NCBI GenBank assembly: GCA_018303755.1
Contig: JAGVXO010000008.1
Location: forward strand, 1 to 60,086
From: Candidatus Pacearchaeota archaeon
Lineage (GTDB): Archaea > Nanobdellota > Nanobdellia > Pacearchaeales > GW2011-AR1
Length of the DNA stretch: 60,086 bases
Direction of reading: 5' to 3'
A program made the position numbers and the translations under genes. Positions 20,308 through 29,201 of the stretch are shown here, one piece after another. Numbering within the stretch: position 1 is the stretch's first letter; the number at the start of each line of letters is the position of its first letter. The notes below the pieces were generated by a model. The model had not been told where the DNA came from, made no database searches, and saw nothing but the letters and a program-made list of their open reading frames with translations.

Positions 20308-20678
20308 TTAAATACACTCAATCTGTGCAGGAAGAGTTTTTATTATGTCGCATTCCTTAGAAGGACATTTCATACAAGGATCTCCTTGATAACAATAAGC
20401 ATAAAGCTGTTTTTCATTTAAAAATTTATAGCACTCGCCAATATCACATAAATTTCCTGCATCGCATTGGATAATTTGAGGACAATCATAAAATTTGCAA
20501 TTATTGTTTGAATCTCTTCCAACATATGTTCCATCAATACAAAATTTTGCGTCTGCTGTGCAGGCATAAGGTTTGGAAGCAGGGTTTATGAAGAAATAAC
20601 CCAAAACTAAAATTAAAACAAGAAGAAAAATAATAATCCAAGCAGCCCATAATTCCTTCTTACCCTTTTTTTAGCCAT
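20308..20678 (-). pseudogene. Cys-rich membrane-anchored/secreted protein, frameshifted in an A7 tract just after the ATG
   Basis: ATG at 20678 is out of frame with KKELWAAWIIIFLLVLILVLGYF..CTADAKFCIDGTYVGRD..NCKF; one extra A restores it. Confidence 0.55.
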
Positions 20679-20719
20679 TATAATTAATATCGAATAGTAT
20701 ATTTAAACATTACTTGTTA

Positions 20720-21697
20720 TCAAATCTTCCTGTATCCAACAACCTCTCCTAAATAGTCGAGCCATTCAGCTGCTTTTTTATTCGCCTCTCCGTTTGAAAC
20801 CAAAAGCACAGGAAGCTTTTCTTTCTGTCCTTCCTGAAGAACTTTGATAATATCCTTTTCACTTATGCTTTTTTTATCTCTTGCAACACATAAATAACTG
20901 GAAACATTTCCTTCTTTAACTGTGCTCACAATTCCTAAAAATTCTTTTTTCCTCATAATAATTTCTTTAGCAATCTTAAGATTATTACTTTCAAGAAAAT
21001 TCATAACACCCTCAAAAAATCCTGAATTAACTCGGGGTTTTTGCTTTTTTCCACCTATACTGGAAATTTTTTTAACAATCTCTTGTTTGATAATTTCAAT
21101 TTTTTCAGCTGGCTTTTCAACAATCTTTTCTGCAGACTTTTCAAAAATATTCTCCATTGGCTTTTCAACAATAATTCCTGCAGGTTTTTCTACCTCTCCT
21201 ATTGTTTCAGTTGATTCCTTTGGAATTTTTGGCGCTTCAGCGAACTTTTCAACCAAGATAGTATTTTTCCTCGCATCCTCTTCACTTATTTCAATAAATC
21301 TCCAGAATAATTTTCCCTCGTGCTGAAATGGAAATGCAAAATCTTTTATCGCCCTTAATGCAACTCTTATTGCAGGCAACATCTCAGAATCATTCAAAAC
21401 TTTTTTTTCTTTTAACAAAAAATATGCTTCTTTTTCTTTTCCGCCAAGATATCCTGAAAACTTTGTCAGCTGCAATTCTTGTCCATGAATATAATAAACC
21501 GGCGAGTTTCCAACCCTTAAAACACTAATCTTTAACTCTTTATCAGAAAGCAATCCTGAAAGAAATGCAGAAGTCAGAAGAGTGTCTATTCCAAGATGAT
21601 TCGAAAGTGAGATGGGAATGCTCGGCCCTCTTGTCTGAATAAACTGCATAATCTTTTCTTTTGATGATTCAAGATTTGAACTTCCTAAGTGCTCCAT
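20720..21697 (-). CDS. Conserved hypothetical protein
   Basis: 325-aa ORF, possible N-terminal wHTH. Confidence 0.6.
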   Translation of the reverse strand: MEHLGSSNLESSKEKIMQFIQTRGPSIPISLSNHLGIDTLLTSAFLSGLLSDKELKISVLRVGNSPVYYIHGQELQLTKFSGYLGGKEKEAYFLLKEKKVLNDSEMLPAIRVALRAIKDFAFPFQHEGKLFWRFIEISEEDARKNTILVEKFAEAPKIPKESTETIGEVEKPAGIIVEKPMENIFEKSAEKIVEKPAEKIEIIKQEIVKKISSIGGKKQKPRVNSGFFEGVMNFLESNNLKIAKEIIMRKKEFLGIVSTVKEGNVSSYLCVARDKKSISEKDIIKVLQEGQKEKLPVLLVSNGEANKKAAEWLDYLGEVVGYRKI

Positions 21698-21737
21698 AAA
21701 TACAAAACATCTCTGAATGTTATAAAGTTTGTTGTGG

Positions 21738-22298
21738 TTATATTCTAGTCCATGCTACTTCATAATATGTTATGTCTCCCTCTGAATCCACAACAGCAAT
21801 AAGCAGATTTTTCTTTGTTGAATGTGCAACTCGGTTCTTTGCAGAAAAATCCTGCCATGTTAGCTCAGAAGATTCAGAAACAGGGTATAATATCCATTTT
21901 GCATGCTCTTTGCCAGGACGATGTCCCCTATCATAAACTCGGAAATCAGCTCCAAACTTAAGGGCAGTTTTAAGAATATATCCCTTTTCCCTCATATCCT
22001 TATAAACCGGATATTTAACATAAATCTTTTTATCAACTTTCTTGCATCTCTCACTAAGCTCATTAAATCCCATCTTGCGCGAAGAATAATACACTTCCAT
22101 TTTCCCTTTTTCAACAAGATAAAGCGCTTCTGAAAAAGAATAAACAATTCTCTTTCCAGAAAACTCGCCAAAAAGGCTCTGGCTGTACAAATCCCTCGCA
22201 TATTTAGAACTGCTGGAAATATTCTCTCCGCTAAAAACAGCGCGGACAGTCTTTTTTTCTTTTCCAATCTGCTTGCTTTTAACTTTCTTTACCGGCAT
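21738..22298 (-). CDS. endA: tRNA splicing endonuclease
   Basis: EALYL, VYKDMREKGYILKTALKFGADFRVY, catalytic Y/H/K positions, RVAHSTKK. Confidence 0.9.
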   Translation of the reverse strand: MPVKKVKSKQIGKEKKTVRAVFSGENISSSSKYARDLYSQSLFGEFSGKRIVYSFSEALYLVEKGKMEVYYSSRKMGFNELSERCKKVDKKIYVKYPVYKDMREKGYILKTALKFGADFRVYDRGHRPGKEHAKWILYPVSESSELTWQDFSAKNRVAHSTKKNLLIAVVDSEGDITYYEVAWTRI

Positions 22299-22349
22299 AA
22301 AAGTAATAACACTTTTGAATATTTAAAAGTTGGTATAATGCAAGAATCA

Positions 22350-22510
22350 AGACAATTCTTTAATACCCCATAAGTTTGCATTATTTTACATCTTTTCAAG
22401 AGGATTTCTTTTCAATTAAACATCCTGAAGGACCAATGGATAAATGACGTCAGATTTGCAGAATGTCATCAGATTTGAAAAATAAAAAGTGCGCGAAGCG
22501 CACCAAAATT
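22350..22510 (-). repeat. Dispersed intergenic element
   Basis: Reverse strand reads GGTGCGCTTCGCGCAC..GCAAATCTGACGTCATTTAT..AAATAATGCAAACTTATGGGTATTA. Confidence 0.7.
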
Positions 22511-22552
22511 ATAAACAAAAAGATTTAAAAACAACTGCGCTAATCTAAACAA

Positions 22553-22774
22553 ATGGGTAGAATAAAATCTGCTGCAATAAAAAGAGCAGCAAGAATTCTT
22601 TCAGGAAAAAGGCCTGGATTTAGCAGCAGCTTTGAAGGAAATAAAATGGCGCTAAAGAATACAGAGCTTCCTGACAAAAGTACAAAAAATAAAATTGCGG
22701 GATATATCACGAGAATGAAAAGATATGAAGAGCAGAAAACAAAAATACTTAAAAACCCTGTTAATGTTCAGTAA
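22553..22774 (+). CDS. rps17e: 30S ribosomal protein S17e
   Basis: MGRIKS..IKR, FEGNK, KNKIAGYITR. Confidence 0.85.
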   Translation: MGRIKSAAIKRAARILSGKRPGFSSSFEGNKMALKNTELPDKSTKNKIAGYITRMKRYEEQKTKILKNPVNVQ

Positions 22775-22779
22775 GCAAA

Positions 22780-23118
22780 ATGGCAGCAATAGTCAACAAA
22801 GAGAAACAGGAAATGAATGAAAAAACATCTGTTAAAAGAATAGAAACAAATGAAGTGTTCATAGGAAACAAGCCGTTTATGAAATATGTTGTTGCAACAA
22901 TGATGCAGCTGAAAGAAAACAATTCTGCGGTGATAAAAGCCCGCGGAAAATTCGTTTCACGCGGAGTCGATGTTGCAGAAGTTGCTAAAAAACGTCTGAA
23001 AGAAATAGAAAATACAGAGCTCTCTGATTCTGTAAAAATAGGAACAGACAGCTTCAAAAATGAAGATGGAAAAGAAATAAGTGTTTCTACAATAGAGATA
23101 AGCCTTCTTAAAAGATAG
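22780..23118 (+). CDS. albA: DNA/RNA-binding protein Alba
   Basis: VFIGNKPFMKYV, IKARGKFVSRGVDVAE, VSTIEI. Confidence 0.9.
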   Translation: MAAIVNKEKQEMNEKTSVKRIETNEVFIGNKPFMKYVVATMMQLKENNSAVIKARGKFVSRGVDVAEVAKKRLKEIENTELSDSVKIGTDSFKNEDGKEISVSTIEISLLKR

Positions 23119-23124
23119 TTTTTG

Positions 23125-23382
23125 TTAAATTTTATTTCCCTTTTTATTATTTTTTATCAAAATTTCAAGTTTTTCATTTGTTTCTTCAAGTTTTTCAAGA
23201 AGCTGTTTAAGCCTGCTTGAACGCTTTAAATTTATGAATGCAGAAACAATCCAGAAGACAATATAAATTCCTATAAGTCCGCCTATGATTTTTATAATAA
23301 ATAAAATTGTATTAACAGTATTCTCTAGATTTGCACCTAAAGTTGTAACCACCTCTTCAACAGCCATAGTCAGAATAAACAA
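23125..23382 (-). CDS. Small membrane protein with coiled-coil tail
   Basis: Single TM followed by a heptad pattern. Confidence 0.5.
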   Translation of the reverse strand: MFILTMAVEEVVTTLGANLENTVNTILFIIKIIGGLIGIYIVFWIVSAFINLKRSSRLKQLLEKLEETNEKLEILIKNNKKGNKI

Positions 23383-23604
23383 TCAAGATTTATAAATTTA
23401 TCAGCCGATAGAAAATAACCAAAAGACAAGTCTTGATGAAATATTAAAATTCAATAAGAGTTTGCAAAAAGAATGTGTTTTTAGAAAAATCATCGTGGGC
23501 GGGTGGGTGGGGAATAATCAAATATAAAAGGAATATGTAACCTTAAGGAGTTAAAATCATGATAACAGAACACTTTTTAAACGCCCAAATATTTGCATAA
23601 TCGC

Positions 23605-23678
23605 GCCTGCATAGCTCAGTTGGTTAGAGCGCGAGTCTCATAAGCTCGAGGTCCTGAGTTCAATCCTCAGTGCAGGCA
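23605..23678 (+). tRNA. tRNA-Met(CAT), probably the elongator
   Basis: Acceptor GCCTGCA/TGCAGGC, anticodon loop CTCATAA, T-loop TTCAATC; Ile2 cannot be fully excluded. Confidence 0.9.
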
Positions 23679-23729
23679 TGCCTGCACTAGAATATAAAAA
23701 TTATTAAACTAACAATTTCTATATAAGAT

Positions 23730-23960
23730 ATGCTATTAACTCCTATATCAAGAAGGATAATTGAAGAAGAGGCCGGAAAACCAATTCAAGAAATTGTATC
23801 AGAAGATTTCAACCAAAGTCCAGGAAATAATCAAAGATATCCTAGGTATTTAATCCCGGAGGAAGTTGAAAAATTAAGAAAAGAAACTGCCCAAAGAAGA
23901 TTTCCACAAGCCCATAAACATTGGTATGATCCTCAAATGTTTTTAAGATATTTTAGATAA
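23730..23960 (+). CDS. Hypothetical protein
   Basis: 76-aa ORF with upstream AT-rich promoter-like sequence. Confidence 0.4.
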   Translation: MLLTPISRRIIEEEAGKPIQEIVSEDFNQSPGNNQRYPRYLIPEEVEKLRKETAQRRFPQAHKHWYDPQMFLRYFR

Positions 23961-24474
23961 AATCAGAAAGGTATTATTTAACTCATCAAACAAAAACTTA
24001 TAAACTTAATAGTCTTAATTTAATAATCTAAAAAAGGATGAAACAAAAAACACAAGCAGAAAGAAAAAGCGAATATAAAACATACGAGCCAGTTGCAGGC
24101 AGATATGAAGCACTGGAGCATGATATTCTGGGTCCCCTCGGACTCGCAATATAAAACAAATAAAGAAAATGAATTCTGGTGGAATGTTATAATGGGCATT
24201 TAGCCATGAACCAAAAAAGATTTTTATTGTTTAAATTATTTTACTTTTAACCTTCTATAAAGGTTGTTTATTCAATTACTAATCATTTATCCTCTTTCAA
24301 ATAAAACATCAATTATAGACAATTCTGGTAATTGAGCTATATTTTGCCCAGAATTCTCTATCTGAATAATTCTGAAAAATATTGTTGTAACCAACAGAAT
24401 TATCCATAATCAGCAAGAATTTAATAAAATTCATCGTGGGCGGGGAATATCCTCTAAAGAAATCTAATTAATTT

Positions 24475-24828
24475 TTATCCGGCAAAATTAATTCCGTCGC
24501 CTTTTCTTCTTGGAATCAAATGAAAATGCGCATGCATAACTATCTGCCCTGCATCTGGAAAATTATTCTGTATAAGATTAAATCCTGTTGCTCCCTGCCT
24601 TAATCTTATCTCTGCAACATTTTTTACTGCATCAATTAACTCTTCTCCCATACTTGCAGGCATATCAAGAATATTTGCAAAATGATTCTTCGGAATAACC
24701 AATGTATGTCCTTCAACGCGCGGATGCGCGTCGGGAAATGCAAGAAAATTATCATTTTCATAAACCTTCTCAGTTTTTATTTCTCCCGTTGCAATTCTGC
24801 AGAAGACGCAATTTTCTTTTTCAGCCAT
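24475..24828 (-). CDS. hit: HIT family hydrolase
   Basis: CVFCRIA, GHTLVIPK, HAHFHLIPR histidine triad; start placed at MAEKEN. Confidence 0.9.
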   Translation of the reverse strand: MAEKENCVFCRIATGEIKTEKVYENDNFLAFPDAHPRVEGHTLVIPKNHFANILDMPASMGEELIDAVKNVAEIRLRQGATGFNLIQNNFPDAGQIVMHAHFHLIPRRKGDGINFAG

Positions 24829-24864
24829 AACAAATAAAAACAATCCTTTTTTATAAGCTTTATC

Positions 24865-24936
24865 GGGCTCATAGTATAATGGTTCTTGCGCTCGGCTGGC
24901 AGTCGAGAAATCCGCGTTCGATTCGCGGGAAGTCCA
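24865..24936 (+). tRNA. tRNA-Ala(GGC) with two acceptor-stem mismatches
   Basis: G3:U70 identity pair, anticodon stem CTCGG/TCGAG around CTGGCAG, T-arm CCGCG-TTCGATT-CGCGG; C6/A67 and A7/G66 unpaired. Confidence 0.75.
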
Positions 24937-25235
24937 TTTATGAATCATAAATCGAATTTAAAATATGACATCTTATCATAAATTTATCGACGGAAAAGAG
25001 AGTTTTACCAAAAAATTTATTTATAAAATTAAAATTAAAATTATTATGCAGGCGATAAAATTAAATTTGAATAAAAAATGCTGAATAAAAATAAAGATTT
25101 ATCGACGGAACAATTTAAAAAAGAAATAGGTTTATAAAGTATAATGCATTACATTATTTATAATAATCATCCAGCATGATTTAAAATTTCTTGAGAATCA
25201 TGTTGGAAGCTCTATGGGGCAAGGAGGTGATTTAA

Positions 25236-25271
25236 ATGGCAAAGAAGAAAAAAGCAAAAAAGAAAAAGTAA
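25236..25271 (+). CDS. Candidate 11-aa basic micropeptide MAKKKKAKKKK
   Basis: Perfect GGAGGTGA SD at 25223-25230, TTTATAAA box at 25131-25138. Confidence 0.5.
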   Translation: MAKKKKAKKKK

Positions 25272-25291
25272 ATTAGCTAAAAATTATTTTT

Positions 25292-26965
25292 TTATTTTTT
25301 AATTCTTGTTTTAATGATTTTTCCAAGGGATATTAAATTCTTCCCTTGAATAACTTCTTTTATTATTTTTTTTATCTCAGAAATGCGGACAACAATCTGC
25401 TCTGTTGTATCTCTATCTCTTATCGTTGCTGTTTTGTCAGATACACTTTTGTCGTCGATTGTTATGCACATTGGAGTTCCAATCTCATCATTCCTCGCAT
25501 ATCTTCTGCCAACGCTTCCACTTTTATCATACATAATATTCCATTCTTCCCTTAATTCCTTAACAAGCTTCTCAGCAATTTCCTCATATTCCGGATTTTT
25601 TACAATTGGAAAAACAGCCGCTTTGTAAGGAGCAAATTTTGCAGGAAGTTTCAAAACAATGTTCTGTCTTGAAGAATCATAACAATATGATTTAGTCAGC
25701 AGAGCAAGAAAAACTCTTTCCATGCCGAATGTCGGCTCAATTACTCTAGGAATAATTTTGGATTTTGTCTGTTCATCAAACACTTCCATGCTCTCATTAG
25801 ACGCTTTCTGATGCTGCGTCAAATCATACTGCCCCCTATTGGCATTTCCTGCAACTTCTTTTGAACCAAAAGGATATTCATAATCAATATCAAAAGTTGC
25901 ACTCGAATAGTGGCTTAATTCTTCCTTTGTATGCTCTCTTATTTTTATTTTTTTCAGACCAAGAGAATAAAACCACCTTATTTGTTCTGCGAGCCAGTAA
26001 GCGTGCCATTCATCTATTCTGCCATTATTTAAAATATTTCCAATCGTGGTATCTTTAAGTTCATTGCTATTTAATTTTTGGGTTTCTTCATCTAATATTT
26101 TTATATTTAACTTAAGTTGTTCCTCTCCCAAAAGTGAACATTTTTTTTCTTCTGGATGAATAAAAAATTCAAATTCCCCTATATGAAACTCTCTTGAACG
26201 GAATAAAAAATCTCTCGGAGCAATTTCATTCCTGAAACATCTTCCAATCTGCGCAATTCCAAAAGGCAGCGGCATTCTCGAAGTCTGCATAATTTGTTTA
26301 AAATCAAGGAACATTCCCTGTGCTGTTTCTCCCCGAAGATAAACTTCTGTTTGTTCTGAACCCACCTTAGTTTTAAACATCTGTTCAACAATTTTCGCAT
26401 TAGCCCAATCAAACTCTCCGCTGCAATTAGGGCATTTTATTTTTTCTAAATCTGGCTTGTCTATTTTGCTTGATTTCTTGCAGTTTTTGCAAACAACCAA
26501 ATAATCATTAACATTAAAATTAGTTATATGCCCTGAAGCTTTCCATGTTTTCGGATGACTTATGATACTTGCTTCAATTCCAACCATATTTTCTCTTTGC
26601 TTGACAAAAAAATTCCACCAGTCCTGTTTTAGATTATTAAATAATTCAACTCCTAAAGGCCCAAAATCCCAGAATCCTGCTAATCCTCCATAAATTGCGC
26701 TTGAAGGATAAACAAATCCTTTTGATTTGCAGAAATTAGCAAGTTCTTCTATAGTTATCTGCTTTTTCTCTTCAGTTCCCTTTTCCAAGAATTCATTTTT
26801 ATTGTTTTCTTTTTCAGAATTTAATTCATTTAATTTTCTCTCTGCATCTTCTCTTGTTTTTCCTCCATAGCAAACAAGAGTTGAATGCACTTTTTCTCCT
26901 TCACGCACGCTTTTTCTTATATAAAAATAATCCTTTCCATTTACTTTTTGTTTTACTATATACAT
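25292..26965 (-). CDS. glyS: Glycyl-tRNA synthetase (alpha2 type) with extra N-terminal module
   Basis: YGGLAGFWDFGPLG, YLRGETAQG, QIGRCFRNEI, FRSREF, VIEPTFG, GRRYARNDEIGTP. Confidence 0.95.
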   Translation of the reverse strand: MYIVKQKVNGKDYFYIRKSVREGEKVHSTLVCYGGKTREDAERKLNELNSEKENNKNEFLEKGTEEKKQITIEELANFCKSKGFVYPSSAIYGGLAGFWDFGPLGVELFNNLKQDWWNFFVKQRENMVGIEASIISHPKTWKASGHITNFNVNDYLVVCKNCKKSSKIDKPDLEKIKCPNCSGEFDWANAKIVEQMFKTKVGSEQTEVYLRGETAQGMFLDFKQIMQTSRMPLPFGIAQIGRCFRNEIAPRDFLFRSREFHIGEFEFFIHPEEKKCSLLGEEQLKLNIKILDEETQKLNSNELKDTTIGNILNNGRIDEWHAYWLAEQIRWFYSLGLKKIKIREHTKEELSHYSSATFDIDYEYPFGSKEVAGNANRGQYDLTQHQKASNESMEVFDEQTKSKIIPRVIEPTFGMERVFLALLTKSYCYDSSRQNIVLKLPAKFAPYKAAVFPIVKNPEYEEIAEKLVKELREEWNIMYDKSGSVGRRYARNDEIGTPMCITIDDKSVSDKTATIRDRDTTEQIVVRISEIKKIIKEVIQGKNLISLGKIIKTRIKK

Positions 26966-27134
26966 AATTTAGCCACTACAAAAGGATATTTAAGTATTTC
27001 GAGCGCGCTCGAAATACAATCTTGCTTAATAAAAGCGCGCCGGCCATTCCGTGAAAAAAGCCGGCGCATCATATCTACAAAAGGATATGACTATGAACTT
27101 GGAGTTGGAATTATTAGGAGACAATATTCCTCTA

Positions 27135-27206
27135 AGCGAGGACCGGGAATCGAACCCGGGAAAATTCGCTCTGCAGGCGAACGCAGTACCATTGTGCCAT
27201 CCTCGC
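27135..27206 (-). tRNA. tRNA-Cys(GCA)
   Basis: Acceptor GCGAGGA/TCCTCGC, U73, loop CTGCAGA, T-loop TTCGATT. Confidence 0.9.
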
Positions 27207-27254
27207 ACACTCATTAATAATAAAATCAAAAAAACACTTTATTTAAACATATTG

Positions 27255-27305
27255 ATAGGCACGCCTGCGGGCGCACTTATTTATTCTGCAAATCTGCTAT
27301 CTATT
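27255..27305 (+). repeat. Dispersed intergenic element, hairpin half only
   Basis: ACGCCTGCGGGCGCACTTATTTATTCTGCAAATCTGCTATC. Confidence 0.6.
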
Positions 27306-27361
27306 TGTAAAATTGGTTTATTATATTTTTAGGATATATCCAATAAATTTAAACTAAATAA

Positions 27362-27946
27362 TCAACCCTTTTTCTTTTTCACAATGCACATTTTGCATGG
27401 CTTATATTTTGCTTTTTTATAAAATGCTTCGCTGTTTGAACTTACTTTGTATTTTTTCTTTATAAGCTTTCCAAAACGGCATAAATGCTTGTGATAAACT
27501 TTTGTCTGTGAAGAGCCAAGATAATCATATTTCGGGATGTTTAATTTATCGCGCAGCTTTTCAATATAAACTGGGACCTCTTTTTCAATTTCTTGGATAA
27601 CTGGCTTTTCAACAATTCTTTCAACAGGGCGGTCAACAAATCTAACAACTGGCTTTTCAATTTCTTTTATAACTTCTTTGAAAATCGGCTTTTCAATAGT
27701 TCTCGTCTCTCTCGTGTTAACCTCTCTCAAAATCTCAGGCTCAAGAAGAAAAAACAAAAGCACAGTATAAAACAAAATAAGAAAAAAAGCAAGGATAATA
27801 GAATACTCTGAATTAAGTTTCAGTATGAATACTGCAATAAACTCTATCAAAGCAATGAAAAACCATGAAAAAATTGCAAATAAAACATTATTCTCATTCC
27901 ATATTCTATGTTCATTTACATTTTGAGAACTATTATAATTATCCAT
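27362..27946 (-). CDS. Membrane protein with C-terminal Ada-like metal-binding motif
   Basis: Two TM segments; YLGSSQTKVYHKHLC...YKPCKMC. Confidence 0.6.
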   Translation of the reverse strand: MDNYNSSQNVNEHRIWNENNVLFAIFSWFFIALIEFIAVFILKLNSEYSIILAFFLILFYTVLLFFLLEPEILREVNTRETRTIEKPIFKEVIKEIEKPVVRFVDRPVERIVEKPVIQEIEKEVPVYIEKLRDKLNIPKYDYLGSSQTKVYHKHLCRFGKLIKKKYKVSSNSEAFYKKAKYKPCKMCIVKKKKG

Positions 27947-27996
27947 AGAATACTAAGCAAACCAAAGTTTATAAAATCTATTGCTCAACAAAATAA

Positions 27997-28404
27997 ATGA
28001 TTTACCAAAATCCTTTTGTTATTCTCCCATTAACAGGGCTTTTAATTGGCTGGATTACAAATTATATAGCAATAAAACTGCTTTTCTTTCCAAGGAAAAA
28101 AACTTTTGGAATTCAAGGATTAATTCCAAAAAGAAAAGAAAAAATTGCAGAAAGAATAGCAGAAGCCAGTCTTTCAATTCTGCCGGAAAAAATAGACAAA
28201 TTGAGAAAAATCCCGTTTATAGGAAATAAAATAGAAAATTACATAAAAACAGAGGTTGCGCAAAAAATAAAAAATATGGATGATAAAACACTTCAGGAAA
28301 TTGTTGAAAAAGTTGCAAAAAAAGAACTTTTCTTTATAGAAATTTCCGGAGCCATAATCGGATTTTTAATTGGAATTGCGCAGGCAGTTATACTGGGTGT
28401 TTAA
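27997..28404 (+). CDS. DUF445-like membrane protein
   Basis: LIGWITNYIAIKLLFFP, QGLIPKRK, KELFFIEISGAIIGFLIG. Confidence 0.75.
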   Translation: MIYQNPFVILPLTGLLIGWITNYIAIKLLFFPRKKTFGIQGLIPKRKEKIAERIAEASLSILPEKIDKLRKIPFIGNKIENYIKTEVAQKIKNMDDKTLQEIVEKVAKKELFFIEISGAIIGFLIGIAQAVILGV

Positions 28405-28649
28405 CCAACCCTGCGAGAATTGCAATAACTCTTCTCAAAATCCTCTATCCATTCATCTTCTCCATATCTTAAAATGTAAAAATAACAGCTTATTCTGGCA
28501 ACTTTAGATCTTACCCCTTTTTCAAGTCCATTTGAAACTCTTCTGGAAATAATCTCCCTTGCCCAATTTATGTCTCTTTCAATAAATGCTAATTCAACAT
28601 TATCATACCATTCTTTCATTGGCTTTCTTGTTTGTTCATTAACTACCAT
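28401..28649 (-). CDS. Hypothetical protein (orphan)
   Basis: 82-aa ORF directly downstream of tRNA-Arg. Confidence 0.4.
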   Translation of the reverse strand: MVVNEQTRKPMKEWYDNVELAFIERDINWAREIISRRVSNGLEKGVRSKVARISCYFYILRYGEDEWIEDFEKSYCNSRRVG

Positions 28650-28658
28650 TTCCCAAAA

Positions 28659-28773
28659 TGCCCCCGACAGGATTTGAACCTGCGACCCCTAGCTTTCTTC
28701 GGCTGCGGGATTATAAAAACCCGCTAGCGATTTTTAGAAGGCTAGTGCTCTATCCAGGCTGAGCTACAGGAGC
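28659..28773 (-). tRNA. tRNA-Arg(TCT) with a 40-nt intron at 37/38 (28695-28734)
   Basis: Acceptor GCTCCTG/CGGGGGC, anticodon stem CTAGC/GCTAG, BHB central helix CTTC:GAAG. Confidence 0.9.
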
Positions 28774-28902
28774 ATACATAACTTAAAAATTAAAGGTATA
28801 AAAATCTGTCTAATTTCATATAAATCTAAAAATATCACAATTTTAAAGAAATACATGGTGCCAACATATAAATTCTTTTAAACTCAAAATATTTATATTT
28901 TT

Positions 28903-29199
28903 ATGCCCAATAATATTCGTGATAGAGCACCTATGGATGATGATTTTTTTGATAGAGGATATAGGGCAATTAAACAATTTGCAAAAACTAAATCTAAAAA
29001 AAAGGATTCTCCGAATTTAACCAGAGAAGAAGCTATTGGAGTGCTTGAAATTACTCCTGGTTTATATTTTGATGTACGAGATGCGTTTGTTGGAAGAATA
29101 GAAACAACTTGGGATAAAGTACTTGATTCTATGGTTGGTTGGGGATGGTTTATTAAAGAATGTCATGAAGAGCAAGAATATTACATTCCTGCGGTTTAA
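28903..29199 (+). CDS. Hypothetical protein (orphan)
   Basis: 98-aa ORF. Confidence 0.45.
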   Translation: MPNNIRDRAPMDDDFFDRGYRAIKQFAKTKSKKKDSPNLTREEAIGVLEITPGLYFDVRDAFVGRIETTWDKVLDSMVGWGWFIKECHEEQEYYIPAV

Positions 29200-29201
29200 T
29201 A

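Noticed and set aside
24038-24192. Possible small frameshifted ORF (MKQKTQAERK...)
   Set aside because: No recognisable family, so a frameshift cannot be supported
24884-24948. N-terminal extension of the HIT ORF in the ORF track
   Set aside because: It overlaps tRNA-Ala on the opposite strand; the HIT domain starts at MAEKENC (24828)
26885-27332. ORFs 26885-27217, 27026-27229 and 27051-27332
   Set aside because: They overlap tRNA-Cys and repeat hairpins and have no protein motifs
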